Of a DNA stretch of 64,000 nucleotides, positions 1 to 8,844 are shown in pieces. A model generated the notes under the pieces. The model made no database searches. It was given only the letters and a program-made list of their open reading frames with translations, and was not told the DNA's origin. Position 1 is the first letter of the stretch. The number at the start of each line of letters is the position of its first letter. The DNA is taken from contig JAJZTA010000007.1 of the NCBI GenBank assembly GCA_021849295.1, forward strand, positions 64,007-128,006. The letters are read 5' to 3'. Position numbers and translations under genes: made by a program. The DNA comes from Pseudomonadota bacterium (GTDB lineage: Bacteria; Pseudomonadota; Alphaproteobacteria; Micavibrionales; UBA2020).

Positions 1-4
1 AAGG

Positions 5-613
5 GTGACGGAGCATCTGATCGTCCCCAAAGTGAGGCTGGTGACCTCGCGGCGCGGCGTGTGGAGCAACAGCTGGGCGCCGGGGCGCGAGCATATCCTC
101 GTCCGTCTGGTCAACTTTCAGGGCGGGGATCTGGTTGACGTGGAGATCGCCTGCGTCGTCAGCGTCGAGGAAAAGAACGTCGGCAAGGACGGCGACGAAG
201 ACCAGTTCATCTGCTATTTCTCCGTGCCCGCCGAAGCGGTCACGCCCGCCAGGGCGCTGGTGCTCGAAGACCGCGCGCCGTGGTCCATCTCCATTCCGGC
301 GGACGTGAAGCTGGGCAATTCCCTCGCGCAGGATTACCGGCTCGAGCTGGGCAAGCCGATCGTGGACTCCTTCGCCAAGGCCAAGGGGCGCCAGCTGGTC
401 TCCTGCAAGCGCAAGCTGGAAATCCTGATCAAGGGCATGGACGTCGATTCATACGCCGGCTTCGTCGTCCTGCGCCGGATCAATCTGGACGAACAGAGCG
501 AAGGCGGCATCTATACCCTGCACCTGCACAAGGGCGCGTTCAAATCCCTGCCGCTGCGGGTCAGCTCCACCGCGGACGTGGAGCAATACGTTTCCGTCGC
601 GGGGTGGAGCTGA
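5..613 (+). CDS. hypothetical protein (true start may lie beyond the window edge)
   Basis: 202-aa ORF from the track with GC-rich third positions like its neighbours. Convergent with the GH15-like gene 4 nt away. No motif recognised. Confidence 0.45.
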   Translation: MTEHLIVPKVRLVTSRRGVWSNSWAPGREHILVRLVNFQGGDLVDVEIACVVSVEEKNVGKDGDEDQFICYFSVPAEAVTPARALVLEDRAPWSISIPADVKLGNSLAQDYRLELGKPIVDSFAKAKGRQLVSCKRKLEILIKGMDVDSYAGFVVLRRINLDEQSEGGIYTLHLHKGAFKSLPLRVSSTADVEQYVSVAGWS

Positions 614-617
614 AAAC

Positions 618-1997
618 TCAGCGCCGCGGCTTTTGCGGCGGCTTGGGGGACGTTTTGGCTTCGTTTGCGGCCTGCTTTTCCAGCGCGCGTTTCATGTAGT
701 CCAGCGCCGTGCCGAGGTTGGCCTGCGTCCAGGCCAGCGGCATGTTGTCGTTGGGGACGTATGCGCCGGTTTTGGAATCTTCCATGTAGTGGGCTTCGGC
801 GCATTTTCCGGGGCCGACGGGCGCGTTGTCTCCCGTCAGCTGCGTCAGGCTGCGGTTGAAGAAATAGGTCTGCTTTTCGAGGTCTTCCGCCTTGCCGCGC
901 GCAAGATAGCGCTGCCCGTAAACGACGGAGACTATGGGGTCGAAAAGATTCCACTGCGCTTCGGTATTAGGGATCAGCTTCTTGTCGCGCTCTTCCATGT
1001 TGTCGCTGAAGTCGGCCGTCCAGTCGGCTTCGGACATGAGCTTCTTGTAGTCCGCGCCCCAGTATGAATCGCCGAGATAGCGCTTGATGCCGTAGTCGCC
1101 CATGAGATCGGCGAGGACGGTATCAAGGATCGCGTCCGCCTGCTTTTCGCCGACGACGGCGAGCGGATAGATCAGGAACAGCGTCGCCGCGTCCGCCTTG
1201 CGCACGCCCGGCGTTTCCCACGGCAGAAAGGCGTCGAGCTGCCTGCGGCCTTGCGCGATCAGGTTGTCGAGTTGCGCCACGGTGGCGGGTTTGCCGTTGT
1301 AGCTGAATTCCTCATCGGGATGCTTTTGCATGTAGGTCTTCATCTGCTCGAGGCCGGCGACGACGGGGCCGATGCTGGAGCTTTCGACCTTGCGCGCCTC
1401 TTCCCAGTGGCCGCTGTCCGGATCGTTCCAGTATGCGATGGCCTCGAGGTAGGCCGGAAAGCGCGCCCAGAGGTCGCGGTTCGCGGAGGACAGTTGCAGA
1501 TGCCCTTCGTTGGCGAGCTTGAAGGTCAGCCACAGCGCGTAGCCGAGCGCGTCGTTTTCGGCGTGCGCCCATTTCTGCTTGACCTCGTCGAGCGTGTCGC
1601 CGTTGAAGCGGATGTGCGGGCGCTCCATCACGTCTTCCTTGCTCGCCTTGCCGCTGATGATGTTGTCGAAGCGGTTCTGGTGCTTCCCGAAAAACGTTTC
1701 AAGCGCCTGCATCGTCCTGACGGCGATGTCGGGATGTCCCGTCTCCAGCTGGTAGTGCGACACCATGACGCTGTCGCGCACCCAGGTGTAGGTGTAGCCG
1801 GAAACGGCGTCGATCTTGTCGGTGGTCAGCGCGGCGTAAAGGCCGTTCGGCTTGATCTTGAAGCCGAGGGTCTCGTGGCGGTCGAGAAGTTTCTCGATCT
1901 CGCCAAGGCTTTTCTGGTCGTAAGATTCCCTGATGAGCCCGGCGATGGCGTTGAACTTCGGCGTGATCAGTTTGCGGGAATGTTCGGGGGAGGGCAT
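618..1997 (-). CDS. glycoside hydrolase family 15-like protein (glucoamylase / phosphorylase-kinase-like fold)
   Basis: 459 aa. The 'YTWVRDS' segment and overall helical-repeat pattern are typical of GH15 as I recall the family. Lys/Pro-rich C-terminal tail. Confidence 0.7.
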   Translation of the reverse strand: MPSPEHSRKLITPKFNAIAGLIRESYDQKSLGEIEKLLDRHETLGFKIKPNGLYAALTTDKIDAVSGYTYTWVRDSVMVSHYQLETGHPDIAVRTMQALETFFGKHQNRFDNIISGKASKEDVMERPHIRFNGDTLDEVKQKWAHAENDALGYALWLTFKLANEGHLQLSSANRDLWARFPAYLEAIAYWNDPDSGHWEEARKVESSSIGPVVAGLEQMKTYMQKHPDEEFSYNGKPATVAQLDNLIAQGRRQLDAFLPWETPGVRKADAATLFLIYPLAVVGEKQADAILDTVLADLMGDYGIKRYLGDSYWGADYKKLMSEADWTADFSDNMEERDKKLIPNTEAQWNLFDPIVSVVYGQRYLARGKAEDLEKQTYFFNRSLTQLTGDNAPVGPGKCAEAHYMEDSKTGAYVPNDNMPLAWTQANLGTALDYMKRALEKQAANEAKTSPKPPQKPRR

Positions 1998-2017
1998 GTT
2001 TGCGCGTTCCTTAAATG

Positions 2018-2707
2018 TTATGCCGTGACCTTCAGCAATTTATAAAGCGTCTGCCGGTAAACGGAATAGACCTTGGGCAGGCGGTTCAATTGTGCCCGTT
2101 CGTCGTTGGCGTGCACGCCTTTGGCGGGAACGCCGTATCCGGCGGTGACTTCGATGCCGGATTTAGCCAGAAAATTGCCGATATTGGAAGGGCCGGCGAT
2201 GACTTCCGGCACCTTTTTTCCGGTGATTTCCTCGACGGATTCGCGCAGCGCCGTGCGCAGCGCGGAATTGGCGGGGGTGAGAAAGGGCGGTTCGGACGAA
2301 ATTTTTTCGACCGCCGTCGCGCGCGCCTGCGGGACATGATGCCGCTCGTCGTGCGCCGCGACGATCTTGTCGTCGCCCGCATAGCCGATCATGATGCCGT
2401 CGGGTTTGTAGCCCGCCTTGAGCGCGGCCTTGATGCCTTCGAACCTGCCCGTATGCTCGTCGGCGTCGAGGATCATCAGAAAATTGCCGTTGAGGTCCTG
2501 CTGCTTCGCCTGTCCGCCCTTGATCTCGGCGACGACGGCGACCGGCTCGCCTTTGTCGTCGAGCAGCTTGACGACGGGCAGGCCTTGCGCCCTGGCGAAT
2601 TCATAAGCCAGATCGACGACGGTCGCATAAGAATCGATGCCGCCCTGACTCGGCGTGCGGATCAACTCCTGCGCGAATTTTATAATGGACGCTGTGTCTG
2701 TTTTCAT
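2018..2707 (-). CDS. M20 (ArgE/DapE)-like peptidase homologue, shortened and probably non-canonical
   Basis: N-terminal 'FAQELIRTPSQGG' and C-terminal 'GPSNIGNF...GVHANDE' resemble M20 catalytic-domain ends. It is only 229 aa against about 380 typical. The usual HxD metal motif reads 'LDADEHTG' and no dimerisation/lid domain is visible. Confidence 0.5.
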   Translation of the reverse strand: MKTDTASIIKFAQELIRTPSQGGIDSYATVVDLAYEFARAQGLPVVKLLDDKGEPVAVVAEIKGGQAKQQDLNGNFLMILDADEHTGRFEGIKAALKAGYKPDGIMIGYAGDDKIVAAHDERHHVPQARATAVEKISSEPPFLTPANSALRTALRESVEEITGKKVPEVIAGPSNIGNFLAKSGIEVTAGYGVPAKGVHANDERAQLNRLPKVYSVYRQTLYKLLKVTA

Positions 2708-2844
2708 GGGGATAGATCATATCATTTTTCCATATAATATAAACCATCAAGATCAAAACAGGCCTTCAGGCGCGCGAAGGCGCGGAGGGTGATTTGAAAG
2801 GTATTGTTTATAAACAATTTTTCAGGCCGCGGCGGATTTTCGTC

Positions 2845-4068
2845 CTATTCGAATTCCGGATCGCCCGCATAGCGCGCGTTGACGATGTCGCGCAGCGCCG
2901 TCCCCACGGATCCCAGCGCCTGCCAGACCTGCTCCTCCTGTTCCGCGAAGGGGATGTCCGGTTCCGGTTCGGCGAAAATGAGCTGTGGCGGTATGCCGTC
3001 CGCGACAGCAGCAACGTATTTTTCTTTTGCGCCAGCGGGCAATATTGTGCCCTCTGCTTCGCACCACGCCTTGAATTTTTGCCAGTCCTTGATGTCTTCC
3101 GGGCCTATGGGGAGCTTCGCGTTGACTTTGTGCGCGGTGATGGCGGCGTGTTTTTCCTGCGCGCCTTCGGGCAGCGTCAGGCCGTTGGCCGCGCACAGGG
3201 CCTGAAATTTTTCCCAGTCCTTGAGGCCGTGCAGCGAGATTTCGGTCACGGGCAGGCCGCTCCTGCGGCATTCCTCCATATAAAGCGTTTTGCGCCGCTC
3301 GACTTCAAGGCAACACCAGAAGCAGAGCTGGTAGTCCGACATCTTTTCCCAGCCCTGCGGCGCGGTGACGCCGGCCTGCGCGGGGTCGAGCAGCCAGTCG
3401 AAACCGAATTTCGTGCGGTGCGGGATGGTTTTGAGCCGCCAGTAGCTTTTGGCCACGGCGCGCGGCGGACGGTCGAGGATAACGGTGCGGAACGGGATGC
3501 CGATCTGCAGAAATGCTTCGAAAAAACCCTTGCCGAACACGTGGTTCGTTTCGGCGTAGTTCTTTTGCGGCTGCGCCGCGATGAACGGCAGCTTATATTG
3601 CCGCACAAAGACAACCGCTAAGTCCGGGTCCTGCCGCACGGCGGGGAGGACGTTCTGGAAGCCCGGCTCCGGCTCGTGCAGGGCGCAGGTGTCGTCGGCG
3701 AGCGCGAACAGCTTTTCCAGCAGGTTGGTGCCGCTGCGGCCGGTCGTCACGCACATGATGATGTTCTTGCCGAATTTTTCCGGATCGAAGGCGGGCTTCG
3801 GCAATTGCGCCTGAATGTCCGCGAGCAGCTTGTGCGTGTCTTCGTTCGCAGGGTGAAGCCCCGCCGCCGCCTCGCAGCAGGAGAGCGCCTTGTCCAGCTC
3901 CGCGCGGGCCAGATAGATGTTGCCCATGCGGTTGTAAAGCGCCGCGAATTCCACCGCGGGCGGGCTGCCGGTCGCGATGCCGCCCGCGTTCTCCGCCTGC
4001 TTGTCGGCGGCGTCCAGTATCTCCATAATTTTCTTCTGGCAGTCTTCCAGTTCGCGGTCCTGTTCCAT
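2845..4068 (-). CDS. sulfotransferase-family protein with N-terminal TPR-like region and C-terminal tandem repeat
   Basis: 'TTGRSGTNLL' matches the PAPS 5'-phosphosulfate-binding loop of sulfotransferases. The N-terminal 100 aa are helical and TPR-like. Two ~29-aa repeats lie at aa 282-354. Confidence 0.7.
   Translation of the reverse strand: MEQDRELEDCQKKIMEILDAADKQAENAGGIATGSPPAVEFAALYNRMGNIYLARAELDKALSCCEAAAGLHPANEDTHKLLADIQAQLPKPAFDPEKFGKNIIMCVTTGRSGTNLLEKLFALADDTCALHEPEPGFQNVLPAVRQDPDLAVVFVRQYKLPFIAAQPQKNYAETNHVFGKGFFEAFLQIGIPFRTVILDRPPRAVAKSYWRLKTIPHRTKFGFDWLLDPAQAGVTAPQGWEKMSDYQLCFWCCLEVERRKTLYMEECRRSGLPVTEISLHGLKDWEKFQALCAANGLTLPEGAQEKHAAITAHKVNAKLPIGPEDIKDWQKFKAWCEAEGTILPAGAKEKYVAAVADGIPPQLIFAEPEPDIPFAEQEEQVWQALGSVGTALRDIVNARYAGDPEFE
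3007..3225 (-). repeat. in-frame tandem repeat inside the sulfotransferase gene (two copies of a KDW-x-KF-x-A-x-C...LP-x-GA-x-EK module)
   Basis: aa 282-310 'LKDWEKFQALCAANGLTLPEGAQEKHAAI' versus aa 326-354 'IKDWQKFKAWCEAEGTILPAGAKEKYVAA'. The similarity is also visible at DNA level. Confidence 0.8.
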
Positions 4069-4088
4069 CTTGCTCTCCTGCCTTCAGC

Positions 4089-4574
4089 TCATTTCGGGAT
4101 TTCGGCTGAAACGGCGGCCTCCGCTGCGGCCTGCGCGTGCTTCTTGAAGGCCATCGGGTCGCTGATGTTGGCGAGCGATTCCTGCCCGCCGCCGGTGCCC
4201 TCGACGATGATCGAGCCGTAGCCCAGAATGCGCCCCGTGATGCTCTGGTTTTCGCGGATGCTCTCGATGCGGTGGTGGCTGAGCTCCATGGTGCGGCGGC
4301 TGAAGAGGCCGGTCTTGAAAATCACGCGCTTGTTGGTGACGGCGAGCTCGGTCGAATATTTGGTGATCGCAGCGTTGATCAGCGAGAAGATCGACAGGAG
4401 CATGAAGACGGCGCCCAGCAGGTACCCCACGGGCATGTGCAGCCTCTTCGAGATCACGAACAGGACCACCGACAGAAACAGATGGAAATATCCCGCCAGA
4501 TAAATCCGCCAGTGCAGCTGGCCGCTGTAAAGAATGGTTTCGCCGTCGAGAAGGTCGTTTTCAATATAACTCAT
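4089..4574 (-). CDS. bacterial PH domain (bPH_2, YdbS/YdbT-like) membrane protein
   Basis: 161-aa C-terminal part of the 504-aa track ORF, starting at the in-frame ATG 4572-4574. Two TM helices, then 'TELAVTNKRVIFKTGLFSRRTMELSHHRIESI', typical of PF03703. The upstream part of the long ORF is an antisense shadow of the PAP2 gene. Confidence 0.7.
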   Translation of the reverse strand: MSYIENDLLDGETILYSGQLHWRIYLAGYFHLFLSVVLFVISKRLHMPVGYLLGAVFMLLSIFSLINAAITKYSTELAVTNKRVIFKTGLFSRRTMELSHHRIESIRENQSITGRILGYGSIIVEGTGGGQESLANISDPMAFKKHAQAAAEAAVSAEIPK

Positions 4575-4625
4575 TTTATGCCTTTCAGAAGAATATATGG
4601 TCACAACCGGCCATTTGACTGTAAC

Positions 4626-5633
4626 ATGTTTGCAGGAGATTGTGAAACGGCGGAGCCGCGGGGCGGCGCATGTCCGGCATATGGGAACGGGGAAATGTGG
4701 AAAAAGCTGAAGGCCTGGAAAGAGACGCGCATCGGCAAGATCGAGCCCTCGGCGAACACGCGCGCGATCTGGGGGACGATCGCCGCGCTGGCGCTGTGCG
4801 ACGCGATCGGGCTGCAGGTGCAGGGCATGCATCTTGTGCTCAAGGCGCTGCTGTCCAACGTTATTGCTATTTTGATCATCCTGTCCATGTCCTTCGCCTA
4901 CCATTATCTCCGCCCGCGCATGCGCATCTCCGAGATGACGCACATGACGGCGATCATCCTCGCCTTCAGCTGCACGGTCTCGATTCTCAGCTATATCGTG
5001 ACGACGCTGCCGCGCCCGCTGTTCGACGTGGAATTCGTGCGCGCCGACCGCGCGCTGGGGCTGCACTGGCTCGCGCAATACAACTGGGTGATGGCGCATC
5101 CTTACGTGCACGCGGCCCTGTATATGGCCTATGCCACGCTGATCCCGCAATTGCTGGCGGTGATTTTCGTGCTCAATTTCCACGGGCTCTGTTCGCGCGG
5201 CTGGGAGACGATGTGGCTGCTGGTGACGTCCTGCGTGGGCTGCATCATCATGTCGGGCATCTGGCCGGCGGAGGGCGCCTTCGGCTATTATCAGGTGGAG
5301 CTGAACCGCGCCTACGTGCAGGTTTTCATGGGGCTGCACAACGGCACGATCAAGACCATCGGCGACCAGTCGATACAGGGGGTGATCCAGTTTCCGTCGT
5401 TCCACGTCGCGCTGGCGCTGGTGCTGACCTACGCCGCGCGCGGCAGGAAATACCTGTTCCCGCTGCTGGTCGAGCTCAACATCCTGCTGTTTTTGTCCAC
5501 GCCGTCCATCGGCGGGCACCACTTCGCGGACTTGTGGGGCGGCGTCGCGCTCGCGCTTCTCTCGATCTGGTTCGTGCGCAAAGTCATCTCCCCGCGCCTG
5601 CATCCGGACATGGCGAAGGTGACGGAGGTTTAG
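4626..5633 (+). CDS. PAP2-family membrane phosphatase/phosphotransferase-like protein
   Basis: Multi-TM protein with 'FPSFHVA' and 'GGHHFADLWGG', which fit PAP2 motifs C2/C3. In-frame ATGs at 4626 and 4695 (alternative start). Divergent from the bPH gene. Confidence 0.7.
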   Translation: MFAGDCETAEPRGGACPAYGNGEMWKKLKAWKETRIGKIEPSANTRAIWGTIAALALCDAIGLQVQGMHLVLKALLSNVIAILIILSMSFAYHYLRPRMRISEMTHMTAIILAFSCTVSILSYIVTTLPRPLFDVEFVRADRALGLHWLAQYNWVMAHPYVHAALYMAYATLIPQLLAVIFVLNFHGLCSRGWETMWLLVTSCVGCIIMSGIWPAEGAFGYYQVELNRAYVQVFMGLHNGTIKTIGDQSIQGVIQFPSFHVALALVLTYAARGRKYLFPLLVELNILLFLSTPSIGGHHFADLWGGVALALLSIWFVRKVISPRLHPDMAKVTEV

Positions 5634-5653
5634 GGGTTTAGCGGTCTTCTACT

Positions 5654-6301
5654 TTACGCGACTTTTTTTTGGGGCATCATCTGGTAGATGTTGTCGAGCT
5701 GCGCGGGGTTGTCGACGCGGATCGAGAGGTCCTGCAGCAGGCCGTTGTGGATATCGTAGATGATGCCGTGGACGGAGAGATTTTGTCCCTTGGCCCAGGC
5801 GTTCTGCACGATGGTGGTGTGGCAGACGTTGCTGACCTGCTCGAGCACGTTGATCTCGCAGAGCTTGTCCATCTTGCCCTTGGGGTCTTCGATGGTCTCG
5901 AGCTCCTCGCTGTGGTCGTGATAGATGTCCTTGATGTGGCGCAGCCAATTGTCGAGCAGGCCGAGCTCCTTGTTCTCATAGGCGGCCTTGACGCCGCCGC
6001 AGCCGTAGTGGCCGCAGACGATGATATGCTCCACCTTGAGGTATTCCACCGCGAACTGGATGACCGAGAGGGCGTTGAGGTCGGTATGGACGACGAGGTT
6101 GGCGATGTTGCGGTGGACGAAGACCTCGCCCGGCATCAGCCCGATGATCTGGTTGGCGGGCACGCGGCTGTCCGAGCAACCGATCCACAGGTACTTCGGC
6201 GCTTGCAGTTCGGCAAGGCGCTTGAAGTAGTCGGGATCGTCGAGCAGACGCTCCATGACCCAGCGGCGGTTGTTTTCGAACAGGGGCTTCAAATCAGACA
6301 T
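5654..6301 (-). CDS. can: beta-class carbonic anhydrase
   Basis: 215 aa with 'CSDSR' and 'HYGCGG' zinc-ligand motifs and overall Can/CynT-like sequence. Confidence 0.92.
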   Translation of the reverse strand: MSDLKPLFENNRRWVMERLLDDPDYFKRLAELQAPKYLWIGCSDSRVPANQIIGLMPGEVFVHRNIANLVVHTDLNALSVIQFAVEYLKVEHIIVCGHYGCGGVKAAYENKELGLLDNWLRHIKDIYHDHSEELETIEDPKGKMDKLCEINVLEQVSNVCHTTIVQNAWAKGQNLSVHGIIYDIHNGLLQDLSIRVDNPAQLDNIYQMMPQKKVA

Positions 6302-6650
6302 CGTGACCTCCAGAATAGGGATAATGAATTGTACTGAATCAGCGTATCGTAGAATATTGCTTTATTTGCCTCCGGTTTGTAAATATATTCTGTAGATAAT
6401 ATAAAAAACGAAATAATATTTTGTTCTTATCAAAAATTATTTCCCGTTTCCGGCGCGCCGCGCCGCGCCGCTCAAGGCCTTTCCGGGAGAATCGGCAGGG
6501 GAATCCGAAAAATATGCCGCCCGCCTGATATTTTTTCTGGATTTCCAAAGGGGCTTGCGTTACAACACTGGTCATATCCCCTGACAGTTGAAAACCTTCC
6601 CAATCCGGCCTTTCGGAGACGGGGTTTGCTAAGGGGAGCAAGGCACTTAA

Positions 6651-6726
6651 AGGGGTGTAGCTCAATTGGTAGAGTACCGGTCTCCAAAACCGGATGTTGC
6701 GGGTTCGAGTCCCTCCGCCCCTGCCA
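6651..6726 (+). tRNA. trnW: tRNA-Trp (anticodon CCA)
   Basis: 76-nt cloverleaf AGGGGTGTAGCTCAATTGGTAGAGTACCGGTCTCCAAAACCGG...GGTTCGAGTCCCTCCGCCCCTGCCA, very close to E. coli tRNA-Trp. Classical position upstream of secE-nusG. Confidence 0.95.
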
Positions 6727-6757
6727 TGCCAAAGACAAGAGAAGGAACGGTGAAGAT

Positions 6758-6961
6758 ATGAGTTTTGTTGATTGGGCCGCGCGCTTCTCGCGCGAAACGA
6801 AACAGGAGGCCCGCAAGGTCACCTGGCCGTCGAAAAAGGAGACCACGGTAACGACGATCATCGTCTTCATCATGATCGCGATCGTGGCCTTGTTTTTGAT
6901 GCTGGCGGACGGCCTGATTTCCGAAGCTATAAAGTTGATTCTTGCATTAGGGGCTAAATAA
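6758..6961 (+). CDS. secE: preprotein translocase subunit SecE
   Basis: 67 aa from the in-frame ATG at 6758: 'FSRETKQEARKVTWPSKKET' followed by a single TM helix. Sits directly upstream of nusG. Confidence 0.9.
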   Translation: MSFVDWAARFSRETKQEARKVTWPSKKETTVTTIIVFIMIAIVALFLMLADGLISEAIKLILALGAK

Positions 6962-7495
6962 ATGAGCAAACGTTGGTATGTACTGCATGTCTATTCCGGT
7001 TTCGAGAAGAAGGTTGCGGCGAGCATAAAAGAAACCGCCGAAAAGCGCGGCCTCGACCAGTATATCGAGGAAGTGATGGTCCCGACGGAGGAAGTCGTCG
7101 AAGTGCGCCGCGGCCAGAAGGTCAACGCGGAGCGCAAGTTCTTCCCCGGCTATGTGCTGGTGAAGATGGAGATGAACGACGACGCGTGGCACCTCGTCAA
7201 GAACACGCCGAAAGTCACCGGCTTCCTCGGCGGCGGCGGCAACAAGCCGTCCCCGATCACCGAGGGCGAAGCCCAGCGCCTGATGCAGCAGGTCATCGAA
7301 GGTGCCGAGCGTCCGCGCCCGAGCATCACCTTCGACATCGGCGAGCAGGTGCGCGTCTGCGACGGCCCGTTCAACTCCTTCAACGGCACGGTCGAGGAAA
7401 TCGACGAAGGCAGGAGCCGCCTCAAGGTGCTGGTCTCGATCTTCGGCCGCTCCACGCCGGTCGAGCTGGAATTCACGCAGGTCGAGAAGGTTTAA
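6962..7495 (+). CDS. nusG: transcription termination/antitermination factor NusG
   Basis: 177 aa with 'WYVLHVYSGFEKKV' NGN domain and a C-terminal KOW domain ('VRVCDGPFNSFNGTVEEID'). Confidence 0.97.
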   Translation: MSKRWYVLHVYSGFEKKVAASIKETAEKRGLDQYIEEVMVPTEEVVEVRRGQKVNAERKFFPGYVLVKMEMNDDAWHLVKNTPKVTGFLGGGGNKPSPITEGEAQRLMQQVIEGAERPRPSITFDIGEQVRVCDGPFNSFNGTVEEIDEGRSRLKVLVSIFGRSTPVELEFTQVEKV

Positions 7496-7519
7496 TTCTC
7501 AATCAAGGCGCGCCGCCGT

Positions 7520-7957
7520 TCACATGCCGCCAGGCATGGCCTTCATGTTGTGTTCCATTTCCTCGTGGCTGACGTGCCGCGTGTCGCCGGGCAATGAGGC
7601 GTGGCCGACGATCAGAACGCCCTGCATGCCGAAGATCTCGTGCGGGTGGCAGTGAAAATGATAGCTTCCCGCCACGGTGAAGGTGTGCGACCAGCTTTCG
7701 CCCTTTTTCGTCAGCATGGGGCTTACGATGATTTTGTCCTTCAGTCCTTTGGGCACAGCGTCGAACATGATGTCATGTGCGTCGTTCTGCGCGTTGACGA
7801 ACGTGACGCTGTCGCCGGGCCGGATGGTCAGATGATCCGGGGAGAAATAATAAGGTTTCTCGCGCTTGGGATTGGTGACGGCGCGGATGGTATAGTCTTT
7901 GGCCATGGCCGGCGTCGCCGCCGACATCAGCATGATGACGAATAGAAGTTTTTTCAT
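7520..7957 (-). CDS. secreted cupredoxin (type-1 copper, plastocyanin/amicyanin-like) with His/Met-rich tail
   Basis: Signal peptide 'MKKLLFVIMLMSAATPAMA'. 'YHFHCHPHEIFGM' supplies the Cys/His/Met copper ligands, with an upstream His in 'NDAHDIMF'. C-terminal tail 'HVSHEEMEHNMKAMPGGM'. Confidence 0.75.
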   Translation of the reverse strand: MKKLLFVIMLMSAATPAMAKDYTIRAVTNPKREKPYYFSPDHLTIRPGDSVTFVNAQNDAHDIMFDAVPKGLKDKIIVSPMLTKKGESWSHTFTVAGSYHFHCHPHEIFGMQGVLIVGHASLPGDTRHVSHEEMEHNMKAMPGGM

Positions 7958-8838
7958 GTTTTCCTTTTCCTTTCAAAGAGCAGTGGCATTATTTCCGTCG
8001 TGACGATGGCCAGCGCGATCAGCGCGCAGCCGCCGTATTCCAGCGGCGTCAGGCGCTCGCCGAGCAGTGCCGCGCCCGCGATGGCGGCGAAGACGGATTC
8101 GCTGCCGAGAATGATGGCGGAATCGGAGGCGGGCGTATACTGCTGGCAGACGATTTGCAGCGTATAGGCGATCCCGCCCGACATGATGCCGCCGTAAAGG
8201 ATGGGCCAGACCGCCGCGCGGATGCCCGCGAGCGTCGGGTGTTCGAACACTATCGCGCCGGCGACGGCCGTGATCGTCACGGCGGCATATTGCAGGAAGG
8301 AGAGCGTGAAGGGGGCTTTGGTCTCGGCCATGATTTTTCCGGCGAGCGCCACCTGCAGGGCGAAGCCGATGGCGCAGGCGAATATGAGCGCATCGCCGGC
8401 GGAAAATCCGTCCAGCCGCCCGCCCGAGAGCATCCAGACGCCCGTGATCGAGAGCAGCGCGGCGGGAAAAATCCACTTCGAGAGTTTTTGCCGGTAAAAG
8501 ACCGCGCAGATCACCGGCACGAAGACCACGTAAAGCCCCGTCAGGAATCCGGCGTTGGTGACGGTCGTCATGCCGATGCCGATCTGCTGGACAATGACCG
8601 AGCCCGAAAAGGCGGCGCAGATCAGCCACAGGTCCTTTTTGTTCTCGAAGACCGGCGCCTTGGGGCGGGCGCGTTCCCTGAGGGCGAAGGGCAGCACCAG
8701 AAAAGCCGACATGCAAAACCGCACCGCGATGTAGGTGCAGGGGCCGAGGTTGTTCATCGCGTATTTTTGGGCGATGAAGGCCAGCCCCCAGATCAGGGCG
8801 GCGAGCAGCAACAGCAAATCTGCTTTGAGGCGGGACAT
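7954..8838 (-). CDS. EamA/DMT-family transporter
   Basis: 294 aa, about 10 TM helices, 'LLLAALIWGLAFIAQKYA' EamA-type start. Its stop overlaps the cupredoxin start as ATGA at 7954-7957. Confidence 0.85.
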   Translation of the reverse strand: MSRLKADLLLLLAALIWGLAFIAQKYAMNNLGPCTYIAVRFCMSAFLVLPFALRERARPKAPVFENKKDLWLICAAFSGSVIVQQIGIGMTTVTNAGFLTGLYVVFVPVICAVFYRQKLSKWIFPAALLSITGVWMLSGGRLDGFSAGDALIFACAIGFALQVALAGKIMAETKAPFTLSFLQYAAVTITAVAGAIVFEHPTLAGIRAAVWPILYGGIMSGGIAYTLQIVCQQYTPASDSAIILGSESVFAAIAGAALLGERLTPLEYGGCALIALAIVTTEIMPLLFERKRKT

Positions 8839-8844
8839 GAAAGG

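Noticed and set aside
4575-5603. The N-terminal 343 codons of the 504-aa minus-strand ORF 4089-5603.
   Set aside because: The region is Arg/His/Gln-rich and low-complexity, and it lies antisense to the well-supported PAP2 gene. Only the last 161 codons, from ATG 4574, look like a real (bPH) protein. This is a typical high-GC shadow ORF.
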